A stretch of DNA of 61,616 bases, filler included, from Nemertoderma westbladi (Eukaryota > Animalia > Xenacoelomorpha): the NCBI GenBank assembly GCA_032718475.1. It is 3 parts of 3 records of this genome, joined end to end, with 100 filler letters (N's around TTAATTAATTAA, not from the genome) between each part and the next. Parts side by side here need not be neighbours in the genome. Positions count along the whole stretch, not along the records: positions 23,273 to 42,500 come from JAUCBJ010005765.1; positions 42,601 to 61,616 come from JAUCBJ010004424.1; 1 more part is not named here. The stretch is one strand, 5' to 3'. Each line of letters starts with the position of its first letter. Within the stretch, counting starts at the first letter, position 1. The notes beneath the pieces are model-generated. The model did not search any database. It was not told where the DNA came from and saw only the letters and a list, made by a program, of their open reading frames with translations. The position numbers and the translations under genes were made by a program. Below are positions 35,901 through 47,989 of the stretch, in pieces.

Positions 35901-36944
35901 CATCATGTGGTTGAGCTGATTCACCATCGGTACTGGTACCAGCATGACCAGTTGCAGTTGTAAGTGTTATACCGGTAGGCAAATCATTGTTCTGTGTGTT
36001 CAACAAAGGACACCAAGAATCAATGGACTTTTTTGCTAAGAGCGTGGGTGTTGGAGATCTGTTGTGGATAGAGGAACAGTGCAGTGATATACTGATAGTA
36101 GTGATCGAATCGCAACCAATAAAGATCTATGTAACAATAGACATACTACAACAACCGACAGACTACAACCATCAGCCAACAACCGACAGATGACAACCGA
36201 TTGCTGAATATTGACAGCCAACAACCGACAGCAGACAACTGATAGTTGTCACTTTTCGGTCGATATATTGTATATTATATTATATGTGAAGAATTTGTAT
36301 TTGTTTTATAAATATGGTGTATTTATTATATAGAATAAATTAGCCTAGCGCTGATGCAAAACCATGCAACTTTTGAATGCCCGCTTCAGCTATTTGTCAA
36401 CGAAATTCAGGTTGTGCTTCATATTTGGAATCCTTGCATGAAAGCAAAAATAAAAATTCTAGCTCACCCAGTAAGAGGTTGGGAAAATAATCCATGTTTC
36501 AAATTTCATGAAATATCATAAAGAATTGTAGAAAAATTAGGGGGGCTGTTGGGGGGGGGGGGGGGGGGGGGGCTGTCACTGAATTACGACACTATATTCC
36601 GGGACCTATATGGTATGGTGTACTGTGTGACATTTTTTTTAGATTGCTACCCTTCTTATGCAATACAATTGAATGCAATACATGAGTAGTACCATAAGGG
36701 CCCCCAATTGGAAAGTTAAATTTAAATAATTTCCCATATTTTCAGCCATATTAGATTATTCGTGTTGATGAATATAGTAAAATTAATTCAATTTAGATGC
36801 ATTTAATTAATAATTATCCTTCTCTGATGATGGAAATATGCATTATTTTCCTGATAATTTATCTTCGTTTTCGAAGAAAATTATCAGCCATATAAAGAAT
36901 TGATTATATTTTACATAGTAATGGACCAAGCGGCTGGTAAGGAA

Positions 36945-37822
36945 TATGGGGCGCCGTTTGGGCCAAAAATAAAAAAAACATATTATATTAAAAAGTTATA
37001 ATGGTATGTTTTTTATCTTGCCGTTTGGGCCAAAAGTTGTAATGGTATGTTTTTTTATCTTGCCGTTTGGGCCAAAAATAGCTGAGAGGGAAATTTGAAT
37101 TATCACTTTCTATATAGGCCTACTGTATTTAGCAATTGCAATTATCATCATACCTGTGAGCCTGTCTGCCTATACATGATTGTGGATTGTATTTACACAC
37201 GGTGTACCGTATCGCTGTAGGAGTGGACTTTAGGCTTACCTCCCGCTGTATGGCTGTATGGGCCTTGGCCTCCTACCAGTACTCATATACTGTCACTGGG
37301 TAATGCTGTAATGCGTTAGGCTGTTAGGTACAAATCAGTATACTTTAGGCCCTGTAGCATTACACCTTGTGCTTGTGATAGGCCTACATCTTGTGGTCCA
37401 CAATACTGCAATACTGAGGCATTAATGTCAGAATGTCATTTGTACCTAACAGCCTAACGCTACATTACAGCATTACCCAGTGACAGTATATGAGTACCGG
37501 TAGGCCAAGGCCCATACAGCGGGAGGTAAGCCTAAAGTCCACTCCTACAGCGATACGGTACCGTGCTGCCGTGTGTAAATACAATCCACAATCATGTATA
37601 GGCAGACAGGCTCACAGGTATGATGATAATTGCAATTGCTATAAATACAATATATAGAAAGTGATAATTCAAATTTCCCTCTCAGCTATTTTTGGCCCAA
37701 ACGGCAAGATAAAAAAACATACCATTACAACTTTTGGCCCAAACGGCAAGATAAAAAAAACATACCATTATAACTTTTTAATATAATATGTTTTTTTTTT
37801 TTGGCCCAAACGGCGCCCCATA
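36945..37822. mobile_element. Foldback/MITE with ~390-bp inverted arms
   Basis: TATGGGGCGCCGTTTGGGCC ... GGCCCAAACGGCGCCCCATA; arms 36945-37336 and 37438-37822; three GCCGTTTGGGCCAAAA subterminal repeats per arm. Confidence 0.9.
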
Positions 37823-38205
37823 AAGGAAATGACCATATGCTGCTAAAAGGCTCATCAGGTTTACAAATTTGAAATTCGGGTTTCAAATTTCAGTTCCCAG
37901 TTACGAATTTAAATTCCCAGATACGAATTGTTTGCAGTAATAAGTGTTTCTGGTAAGTGAATCTGATCCCTCAGTTACGTTCTAGTTACTATTTTACATC
38001 ATGTTCTAGAACATAGTTTATTTATTAAATATAAAAAATAGCCTCGCGCCATGAAAAAACATTCAACTTCAGATAGCTTCCAACAACATCCAACAGAAAA
38101 TTCAAACACTTTCAGACGGATTTTAGACAGATTCAGATGTGCTCCAACAGACAAACTTGTGTCGGAGAAAATTGCACTCTATTCAATTATCAACATGCAG
38201 ATAGG

Positions 38206-39292
38206 TACTACTAGTACTACTACTAAGGCGAGCGAACTCGGACAGTGGATGAGATCCTTCCAAGCTTCCCGATTCTCCATAGTTGTCGCAATTTCGTTTC
38301 TCCCAAGTTCAGTATCCCTTTCAAGTTGATCTATATATGTTATGGCCGGTCGTCCACAACTACGTCTTCCATGAGTTGGTTGCCAGAAAAGTAGATCTGG
38401 TATGACCTTGTCTTTACTTCGCCAGCAGTGCCCACTGAATCTTAATCTGCGTTCACGGAGGGTGGTTGATACAGGTGGTATTGTACCATAAAGCTCGGAG
38501 TTTGTCATGTGTTGTCTCCAGCTGATGTTTAGGGCTGCCCTTAGTAGTCTTGTGTAGCAACCATCAATTCGTTGTTCAAGTGATTTAGTCAGTGTCCAGG
38601 TCTCACCCCCGTATAAAAATACACTTTCCACTGTGGCTGGAAAGAACTTAGTCTTCAGGTGCTTGGAGAGATCGATTTCCAGATGGTATCCATTTTTGAT
38701 AGAGCTACCCAAGCCTTTGCTTTCCAGTCTTCAGGTGCTTGGAGAGATCGATTTCCAGATGGTATCCATTTTTGATAGAGCTACCCAAGCCTTTGCTTTC
38801 CTAACTTCTATGTCCTTTTTGCTACTCTCTATCCATGATCCTAGGTACTGGAAGTCGTCAACCTTGATTTTCAGTTGATTATTATCAATGGAATGGTTGT
38901 CAAGTTTCCATCAACATTAAAGGTCATGAATTCGGTCTTTGTAGCATTTATATGCAATCCAACCTCCTTAGCAGCCCTCTCCACTTTATTCAGTAGATGC
39001 TGTGCATCTGCTAGCGTATTAGAGAGCCGGGCGATGTCATCCGCAAAGTCGGTGTCTGTGACTGTAGTTGCCGGATATCTACCACTTCTGCGTTCTTGAA
39101 GTGTGAATCCCAGATCTTCACCCTTTGTGGCCGTCCTCATTGCGTAATCCAATACAATTACAAATAGTAATGGTGCTAATGTGTCACCTTACAGTACGCC
39201 AGCCAGGATTGAGAAAATCTCAGTTTCACCATCTGGTGAGAGTACCTGTGCTTCTTCTGTGTCACAATATAACAATCCAATGCCAGCAATGA
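38206..39292 (-). mobile_element. RTE family A, 3' part
   Basis: DFADD, YGGETWTL, RRLRFSGHCWR, (TAG)n tail; internal ~77-bp duplication at 38651-38800. Confidence 0.9.
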
Positions 39293-39780
39293 TTCTAGAT
39301 AAAAGATAGGTAGGTACTGGTAAATGGTACTACTGCCCCTAAAAGTAGGTTGATTAAATTCATTAACAGCCTACTAATATCAATATTAAATCAATAACTT
39401 TATTAAATATGCTTCAAAAAGAAAATTGTCATACAGGCAAAAAAAGCAAAACAATTAAAAAAAATCCAAAATAATATACATATTATTTAACAGTTGTTAT
39501 TAATTATATGTTCAGATATTATAAGATATTATAAATATATTTCGGGCACAAATAATGTCCATTATCAATATAATAAGTACTGGAATAGGTACAACTATCA
39601 GGGTATGGATGTAGGTCTAGTCTACGGTATGATACCGGTACAGTAAATATGACCACTAAGCACTAACTATAGAACTACTGAATGTAAAAAATTGCACACC
39701 GGCAGACAGGTACAAACACAGCGCAAAATTGATGTTTCGGAATTCTGTAAGACTACAGTAACAACAGACAGATCAATTAT

Positions 39781-39963
39781 TCTGCACAACTACAGTACAA
39801 AAATACGATTTGGTAACTGCACAACTACAGAACAAAAATACGATTTGGTAAATGTGCACAATTACAGTACAAAAATACGATTTAGTAAATCTGCACAACT
39901 ACAGTATAGAAATACTATTTAGTAAATCTGCACAACTACAGTACAAAAATACGATCTAGTAAG
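39781..39963. repeat. ~37-bp tandem repeat, 5 copies
   Basis: TGCACAACTACAGTACAAAAATACGATTTAGTAAA units. Confidence 0.85.
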
Positions 39964-42500
39964 TTTGCCTTATCGGGCAGGCCCGATAAGCATAGCCTAT
40001 TCATTATTTAGTTGATCAAGAGTGGGTTGGTTCAGCCCCGTCAACTAAATAAGTCATTGGGGGCTATAGCGCCTAGGGCACCATTGAAGGCAAAGGCTTG
40101 ATACTCATCTGCATTAGAGATGATACAAGCCCCGCCCTGTCTATACTGGATGCTCCTCTACCAGTGTTAGGTAACCTAACCCAGGAGGCACACTTGGTTC
40201 AAGGTGTAACAAATGGACCCCTACAGTCGGCAGCAGGGCTGTAGGCCATGAATAGGCGGAAGGTAATCAACCAACGGCTAGACATGCTGACAAGGTCGGC
40301 GGAAGGTAATCAACCAACGGCGACCTACTGCGAAGACGCTTGTAGGAGTTGCGACCACAAGCGGTTTACTCCCGCAACTGAAAGATATGAGTATGAGAAC
40401 CCTCCAGGAGAAATACCGGCTCGGTCGTCGCCCGGGTCAACAAGGACCGCGTCCCTCAGTGGTACACCAGGCTGGGGTCGATAAATTGGCTACTGGAACA
40501 GAAGACAGAGAAGAAAGAAGAACCAACCTGTTGAAATGTAAAAAGACACTAAAGATTGCTACAATGAACGCACGCACGCTGAAAGCACAGAGCAAACAGG
40601 GTGACATGGTCGCTCTGGCAATGGAATATAATATCGACATCATCTGCATCCAAGAACATCGGATTTGTCATGAAGACACTGCCATGAAGTACAATGACAT
40701 TGGAAATGGATGGACGTTAGTAACAAGCTCAGCAGTAAGAAACTCGGCCAATGCATCAATTGGTGGAGTAGGAATTCTGCTAAGCCCATTTGCACTTAAG
40801 ACCCTAAACAACATCGAATCTATAAATTCCAGGGTTATGATCGCAACATTTGATGGGAATCCCAAGTCAACAGTTATATGTTGCTACAGTCCAACCAATG
40901 CATCAGAGCCAGAACAAGCAGTCAAGTTTTATGAAGAACTGACTGGACTTATTAAGGACATCCCGAAACACAACGTTAAAGTCATTGCTGGTGACCTGAA
41001 TGCGCAAATTGGCCCAGAAGACATCAAGGGTTACACCTATAACACCAGTTCTAACAGAAATGGGTACTTACTTTTAGACCTAATGGAAGAATGTGAATTG
41101 ATACCAACAAACAACACATTCGAAAAGAGTAAGGGGAAGACCCCTTTCAATACCCTAATGGAACCACAGCACAACTGGATTACATCCTTATAAACAAAAA
41201 GTGGAGAAATAGCATGATCAACTGCGAGGCATACAGCTCGTTCAACCTAATTGGTTCGGACCACAGAATTGTGACTGCAGAGATCAGACTCAGTTTGAGA
41301 GCCAGCAAACCCAGGACAAGCAAGCAAATCAACTATGACTGGGAGGAACTCAGAACTGACAATGCTGTAAAGGATGCTTATACAGTAGAAGTTCAAAACC
41401 GCTTTGAAGCACTTCAGTCAATTGATGAAGACCAATCCACCGATTCAATATACCAGAATATAATAACAGCCCACAAGGAATCAGCTAAGAGGCATATCCC
41501 CCAGAAACCTAAATGAAAACAGTATGTGCCATGGCAAAATTCTGAGGTTACTTGTAAGAGAGAAGATCTTAAGATAGCCTACAAAGTTAAAACCGAACAA
41601 CCAACAACCGAAAACATTAACAAGTTTGAGAAAGCTAAGGACGATTTTAAATTGGCCTACAACATCAGCCAGGAAAAGTACATACAGGATAAAACTGAAG
41701 CAATTACAACTGCTCACATACAGCAACAATCAAGACTTACCTGGCAAACTGTAAATGAGGTATCTGGTCGGAAAAATTGTGCAAAGGGGCGCCTCAAAGC
41801 CTATAGTCCCGAAGAACGCGTTGGGAAGTGGAAAAATCACTTCAGCAACTTGCTTGGGCAGCCACCAAACATCGAGGTCAGCCCTACAAGGAAAATATAT
41901 GACAAGACACTACCTATAGAAACAGGGGACTTCACACCTGCCGAACTCCAAAGAAGCATTAAAAGCATGTCCAATAATAAAGCGAGTGGATTAAATGAAA
42001 TCCCAGCGGAGGTATGGAAAACCGGAGTGCTAAATAGACCATTATTGAATGTTTGCAACCGGATGTTAAAAGGGGAAAAGCCACCACCAATTTGGACTAA
42101 AGGTCAACTAAAGCCTCTCCCCAAGAAAGGAGACCTCGGCATACCAACAAACTATCGTGGGATCTGTCTGCTTGTGGTAGCTGCCAAAATATACAATAAA
42201 ATGATTCTATATAGGATTAGGCCTCACATAGAGAAACTACTGCGTAAGAGCCAAAACGGATTTCGACCAAGTAGATCAACAATAGCTCAGATACTTGCAC
42301 TATGGAGACTGATTGAAGGAATTAAGTCAAAGAATCTCCCCGCAGTCATGACTTTTGTGGACTTCAAGAAGGCATTCGACTCCATCCATAGAGGTAAAAT
42401 GCTTGAAATCCTAAGAGCTTATGGAATACCAGAAGTAATTGTTGCTGGCATTGGATTGTTATATTGTGACACAGAAGCGCAGGTACTCTCACCAGATGGT
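39964..42500 (+). mobile_element. RTE family A with 5' UTR, APE and RT N-terminus, cut by the gap
   Basis: Highly similar to 17155-19135 but extends further 5'; includes FVDFKKAFDSI; has a frameshift and a stop. Confidence 0.92.
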
Positions 42501-42600
42501 NNNNNNNNNNNNNNNNNNNNNNNNNNNNNNNNNNNNNNNNNNNNTTAATTAATTAANNNNNNNNNNNNNNNNNNNNNNNNNNNNNNNNNNNNNNNNNNNN
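42501..42600. other. Artificial contig spacer
   Basis: Same 44 N + TTAATTAATTAA + 44 N structure. Confidence 0.97.
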
Positions 42601-42712
42601 TTTTTTTTTTTTTATCTTAATTATTCATTTTCTTTATTTCAATTACAAATAAAATAAACATTAACAAACAAGCAGCATAATGAATTAATTAATGTCAACA
42701 AATTGTAGGTAA

Positions 42713-45700
42713 TTAATAATTATTGTTGAAACTATTTAATGCAATCCCAGCCTCGGCTACAGCCGCGCTCACGCCGGTCTCCCGCATCGTCTGTCTCGTT
42801 GCCAGCCTAGCCTTCGGCTTCCGTGCGCCCCGGAGGCACATGATGGAGGAACGGAGGAGGGCGAAACTCAACCGAGTCCTGATGAGGGAGAGAGTCTGCG
42901 AGTAGGGAGCATCCCGTTTCGCCGACAGTAAGAGCGCAATGCGTGTGAGGAGCGCGTGGGCTGAGCGGCTGGCCCCACCAGTTGTAGCAATTACAAAAGG
43001 CGAGAAGCCGGCGTGCTCGATGTCATTGATTCTCTCCTCGTACTTCCTCCGTTTCTCTCGCTCATGTTTGCTGTAAGCAGCATCCACGGAGCGAGGATTG
43101 GAGGAGCACAGAGGGTTGAATACCTTGACGTCGATATACACCCGCTCGAAGCGCCCACCCCACAGCCCACTCGCCGCAACGTCCAGACGGGCCTCCGGGT
43201 CTACCGTAGCAGATCTCAGGCGGAAAGACTCGCCCTCGATCGGCTGGAGATGGGGTTCCACCTCAACGTCGTGTGCGACCTCGCTGAGGAGCTCGGCGAG
43301 GAAATCGCGGACCTCGTTGTGCCGCAGGATCGGGTAGGCTCCCATAGGGCAGTGAAGGGAGTGGGAGATGGTGAATACAGCACCGCAGGAGCAGTTGGCG
43401 GGCAGCCTCGGGGGCTCCCACCCAAATCGCAGACACAACGCATCCCGGAAAGCGGATTTGTGTAGGGAAAAGTTGTATCTGGAAATGGGTAGGGCCGAGA
43501 GCCATGCTGACGCTCCACGCTCCTTCGCCAGTGTCCGATGGTAGAGGGCGTCTCCGGACAGTTGAGCATCAACCGCCGCACATCGAGTCTTCACAGCCTC
43601 ATCCTGCTCCTTGCGGATCTCACGCAGGATGGTCTGCTGTGTTGTACGAGCGGCTGGGTCCGAACACCGTAGGGGCTCGCAGAGTCGCAACGACTTCTCA
43701 TAGCTTTCCACCTCATCCTGAGGTTGATTTATAGCTAGCCCCCCCTCCCTCACAGGGAGTGCCAGCAGCTGTCGTTCCGAAAGGCCGGGTGGGTATCTGC
43801 CAGTGAGTGTCGGGATGACTGTGCTGGAGAGTGTTTCCTCAACTCGATCCAAGTGACCGACTAACCCGGGTGTGGTGCGAGCCAAGAAGTTTACCTTCGG
43901 CTGTAAGCCACGGACCAGGCATCCGTACGCGGGGTGGGGAGCAGTCACTGCGAAATCGTTGAGGTGTTTTAGTTGGCGACAGATGACATCAACTCGCTTC
44001 TCCAGATACCCAGCACAGTAGGATGTGGACCCTATTACGGACCCCAGGACTCGATGACCATCGACCACTTCAACAGGGAGGCCAGAGAAAATCGCGTTGG
44101 CCTCTTCGCGCTTTGAGTTCTTCACAATAAGAAATGCCTTTGTGGGGTAATATCCATAGCCAGGCCCGATGGTAGCCGCTTCCTCCCAATAGTCACGTAG
44201 CATTCCGAGGTTACCAGCAGCGCTGCCATCATCCGCATACCACTTGTGGATACCCGGAAAGGTCATCGGATCCGATGAAACCGCCTCTCGGTCTGGGTAA
44301 ACCCCTGGTTGGGTGGAGGAGACCGCCGGTTGTAGGGGGGAAACCGCCGGTTGTGGTTGTAGGGGGGAACCTGCCTGTTGGAGGGGGCAACCCGCCTGTT
44401 GGAGGGGGGAACCCGCCTGTTGGAATTTGGATCCCGCCGTTGGGAGGGGGGAACCCAATGGTTGTTGGGGGGGACCCGCCGGTTGGAGGGGGGAACCCGA
44501 AGGTTGGAGGGGGGAACCCAAGGTTGGAGGGGGGAACCCCCTGGTTGGAGGGGGGAACCCGCCAGTTGGAGGGGGAAACCACCGGTTGGAGGGGGGAACC
44601 CTCCGGTTGGAGGGGGGAACCCACCGGTTGGAAGGGGGAACCCGCCTGTTGGAGGGGGGAACCCGAAGGTTGGACGGGGGAACCCAAAGGTTGGAAGGGG
44701 GAACCCGGAAATTGGAAGGGGGAACCCGATAGTTGGAGGGGGGAACCCAAATGTTGGAGGGGGGAACCCGATAGTTGAAGGAGGGGACCTGATGGTTGGA
44801 GGGGGGGACCCGAGGATTGGAGGGGGGAACCCGATGGTTGGAGGGGTGAACCCACCAGTTGGGGGTGGGGACCCGAAGGTTGGAGGGTGGAACCCGCCGG
44901 TTGGAGCGGGGGACCCGTAGGTTTGATGAGGGAACCCAAAGGTTTGAGGGGGGAGCCCGAAGTTTGGAGGGGGGAACCCAAAGGTTGGAGGGGGGAACCC
45001 GATGGTTGAAGGGGGGAAACCGCCCATTCGAGGGGGGAGCCCGAAGGTTTGAGGGGGGAATCCGAAGGTTGGAGGGGGGAACCCGAAGGTTTGAGGGGGG
45101 AGCCCAAATGTTGGAGTGGGGAAACCGAGGGTTGGAGGGGGGAACCCACTGGTTGGAGGGGGGGGCCCACCGGTTGGTGGGGGGAGCCCACCGGTTGGCA
45201 GGGGGAGCCCACCGGTTGGAGGGGGGAATCCGGAGGTTGGAGGGGGGAAACCGCCGGTTGGATGGGGAAACCCGCCGGTTTGAGGGGGGACCCGAAGGTT
45301 GGTGGGGGGAACCCAAAGGTTGGACGGGGGAAGCCACATACGTGTGGCAATTCATAAGAATAGGTTCTAGTTTCTTAACCATTGGCAATGTGCCGACTGC
45401 AAACATCTGCATCGCCAGAGAATCCCCTTGGGTTGACCCCTCTTGCGACCAGATAACGTCATTTCCTACGAAAAGCGGCGACGGTTCCCGATAGGAATTG
45501 GTTAGGATGGTGAAGAGAACTGGACAAAGTACCTGGCAGTTCAGAAGGGTTAAACGGCGATTCAAGGCGTTGAACGCATTCTTTGCGTCAATCAAAAGGA
45601 GGCCGTCGCATTCAGGCTGTTCAAAGTCTTCCCGTAGGGCATGCACAGCGTGTTCTATACCACCGACTTGCCCCGCACACAGTTGGGTGTTACCCGCCAG

Positions 45701-46921
45701 CTCACCAAGGTCAAACTTCGCTATCCTCCCGACCACCTTCCCAATAATCCTCCGTAATACCTCGCCCACACCAATTGGTCGAACCCCTGGTTGTTTATCG
45801 AGTGGCACTAACCGACTCGCGTTGTAGGGAAGTAAACTCGCGGAGTCGATGTGTTCCGTCGCCAAACGCCTCGCTACCCCTGCCACGGCCTTCCTAAGGT
45901 CGCAGGATACATTACCGAAGGCTGTCATGGCGCGTCGCCAGGCGTCTGCATCGAGGCCGGAGGGACCTGGGGAACCGTGGGAGTGGAGTACACAGGAGAG
46001 CACGGCGTCACTATTGATGCTATCAAAGACCGCGGGATGAAAATCTACAGAATCTGGCCAGGAGGTTTCGATTAAAGAGGGATCTATTGGACCCGGTCCA
46101 GGGTGTTTTTCTATTAGAATATCCTTTACCGTTTTTCCACCGATTTCCTCATCGATCCCAAGGACTCTGGAACCGGTGCCATCTTCAACGATATCTACCG
46201 CGGCGCCAACTCGGCCTTTGTTCATGGCGTGAATAAACCGCTTCCGGGAATGGTCCGGGTGTATTTTATTCCCGAGGCCCTTCCTGCGAGCAACAGACAC
46301 CGAAGGAACCGACTCACCTACTCCAGACACTAGGGGAACCGACTCACCAATCCCAGATACCGAAGGGACCGACTCACTGACGCCAGAAACTGGAAGTACC
46401 GAACCAACTTCCGACACTCCCTCACCCAAGGAAGATGACTGATAAGCTATTGCTTCACTACCACGACGGGCCCTGTCTAGTATTGCTAATGCCCGAGCCT
46501 GTGCCTCGCCTGGGGACAGATCTCTCCCTACCTTCGTGGGAGATGTTATCCAGGAAGAGTTAGAATGGGAAACCGCCCTCATTGTAGTTGAAGGAGAAGA
46601 GCTCGTGACAACGCTAACAAACCCATCTAACGTCCTGTCCGAATCTAGAAGAGTCTCGTCTAGGATATATCCATCTCCCGAATGCACGTTAACCATTGGC
46701 TGCGTCGAACTCCTTGATGGAGAGCATCGATCGGCGCTTTTGTCGTTGAAGGAAATGTTTGGCTGCGAATTAACGGACCCCAACGCGTTTTCGCACAGAC
46801 TGTTTATCGAAGGGGCACATGACGTGCAAGGGCGACCCTGTTTGACGCACACGCAACGAATGCATCGCCCTTTCTTAGCGTGGCAGCCGCAACAAGCGGG
46901 CGCCCTAGGACACAGAGACAT
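42713..46921 (-). CDS. CRE-like non-LTR retrotransposon polyprotein, 1402 aa (Cys-rich N-terminus, RT, CCHC, restriction-like endonuclease)
   Basis: LVPLDKQPGVRPIGVGE, IDAKNAFN, GSTQGD, YADD, CSCG..H..C, RHNEVRD, RLDV...IDVKV...KRRKY; poly(A) at 42601-42613. Confidence 0.92.
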   Translation of the reverse strand: MSLCPRAPACCGCHAKKGRCIRCVCVKQGRPCTSCAPSINSLCENALGSVNSQPNISFNDKSADRCSPSRSSTQPMVNVHSGDGYILDETLLDSDRTLDGFVSVVTSSSPSTTMRAVSHSNSSWITSPTKVGRDLSPGEAQARALAILDRARRGSEAIAYQSSSLGEGVSEVGSVLPVSGVSESVPSVSGIGESVPLVSGVGESVPSVSVARRKGLGNKIHPDHSRKRFIHAMNKGRVGAAVDIVEDGTGSRVLGIDEEIGGKTVKDILIEKHPGPGPIDPSLIETSWPDSVDFHPAVFDSINSDAVLSCVLHSHGSPGPSGLDADAWRRAMTAFGNVSCDLRKAVAGVARRLATEHIDSASLLPYNASRLVPLDKQPGVRPIGVGEVLRRIIGKVVGRIAKFDLGELAGNTQLCAGQVGGIEHAVHALREDFEQPECDGLLLIDAKNAFNALNRRLTLLNCQVLCPVLFTILTNSYREPSPLFVGNDVIWSQEGSTQGDSLAMQMFAVGTLPMVKKLEPILMNCHTYVASPVQPLGSPHQPSGPPSNRRVSPSNRRFPPSNLRIPPSNRWAPPANRWAPPTNRWAPPSNQWVPPSNPRFPHSNIWAPPSNLRVPPSNLRIPPSNLRAPPSNGRFPPFNHRVPPSNLWVPPSKLRAPPSNLWVPSSNLRVPRSNRRVPPSNLRVPTPNWWVHPSNHRVPPSNPRVPPSNHQVPSFNYRVPPSNIWVPPSNYRVPPSNFRVPPSNLWVPPSNLRVPPSNRRVPPSNRWVPPSNRRVPPSNRWFPPPTGGFPPPTRGFPPPTLGSPLQPSGSPLQPAGPPQQPLGSPLPTAGSKFQQAGSPLQQAGCPLQQAGSPLQPQPAVSPLQPAVSSTQPGVYPDREAVSSDPMTFPGIHKWYADDGSAAGNLGMLRDYWEEAATIGPGYGYYPTKAFLIVKNSKREEANAIFSGLPVEVVDGHRVLGSVIGSTSYCAGYLEKRVDVICRQLKHLNDFAVTAPHPAYGCLVRGLQPKVNFLARTTPGLVGHLDRVEETLSSTVIPTLTGRYPPGLSERQLLALPVREGGLAINQPQDEVESYEKSLRLCEPLRCSDPAARTTQQTILREIRKEQDEAVKTRCAAVDAQLSGDALYHRTLAKERGASAWLSALPISRYNFSLHKSAFRDALCLRFGWEPPRLPANCSCGAVFTISHSLHCPMGAYPILRHNEVRDFLAELLSEVAHDVEVEPHLQPIEGESFRLRSATVDPEARLDVAASGLWGGRFERVYIDVKVFNPLCSSNPRSVDAAYSKHEREKRRKYEERINDIEHAGFSPFVIATTGGASRSAHALLTRIALLLSAKRDAPYSQTLSLIRTRLSFALLRSSIMCLRGARKPKARLATRQTMRETGVSAAVAEAGIALNSFNNNY
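44305..45332. repeat. 21-bp G-rich minisatellite inside the RT domain
   Basis: Consensus GGTTGGAGGGGGGAACCCGAA, roughly 48 diverged units. Confidence 0.93.
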
Positions 46922-47989
46922 CTCAACAGCCTAGTCGTATACCAGTGCTGCGACTTCAAAGAATAATATCTCCTATGTAAGCAGTAGGCCTATATGTGCC
47001 AGCAGTAAGCGGTAGGTCAGTAACCAGTAGGTCAGCCGAATCTAGCGTCTGTCCATCACTCAGTCAATTATTACTAACAATACAGACCGATAATACAGTT
47101 TATTACATACAAGTTTATTTTACATTGGATCGAAGATTTCCATAATATGGTAACAACTTCATGGTTATGCTTATGTTAATAAGGCAGGCGAACTAGTTTA
47201 AACAGTTCAAAACTACAAGTGCATACTATGCACTTGTAGTTTTGAACTGTTTGCAGGAAGTTCTTTCTTGAGTCATTGATCTTTCATTAATGTGTTATAT
47301 TGTTATAATTTTAATTGTGGTGCATCGCGAAGGCTCAAAATTTCAACCCCCTTGGGGTAAGCCTAGATTTCTAGGCTGGTTGTCAGTCTGTCAGTGTGGT
47401 ACTGCTACTGCTGTACTGTAATATCTGGGAAGTTTTGAAATTATGCGGACTTAAGACTGACTGCATATTGTCAGGTTGTACTGTACCAGCTGACCTTTAT
47501 TCCATGTTCCGGTATCCACTACTAACTGCACTAGGCACCCCAACAGCCCAATACTGCAATACCCAGCAACGTTTTGGAATTGTACCGGTACTCAAACAAC
47601 TCGCCATCAAGACCACTGCCTCTGTCTGTCGCAGTGTCGTTGGCGACTTCGACTTTTGGTATTGCTGCTGCGCTAGCGCTACGGGCAACCTGGACTAACC
47701 GAACTGAAGAATGCATTGAATTTTTTGAGTAGTTTGACTGTGGACTTCTATGAGATCGATGCCAAGCTGCCAATGCGAAAGTTTTTTTTAAAGTAAAAGT
47801 TTGGTTAAATTTTCTCAATTATTTATTTAAATTAAGTACCGATTTTGGGATAGAATTGCTCAATTTTAATCAGTATCTAATAACTGACCCTCGTCCTGCG
47901 CGATGGCCCCATGAACGTGTGTGGGTATTGTGTAGGTGTAGGAGTAGGTGTAGGAGAAACTCAACCCAGCAATTAGTGTAAAAGAGGGA

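Noticed and set aside
44293-45341. Minisatellite in the CRE ORF as an intron (GTATGT donor present)
   Set aside because: The nearby AG acceptors I checked do not restore the YADD reading frame.
44229-45494. Several overlapping Pro/Gly-rich ORFs
   Set aside because: Alternate frames of the 21-bp repeat.
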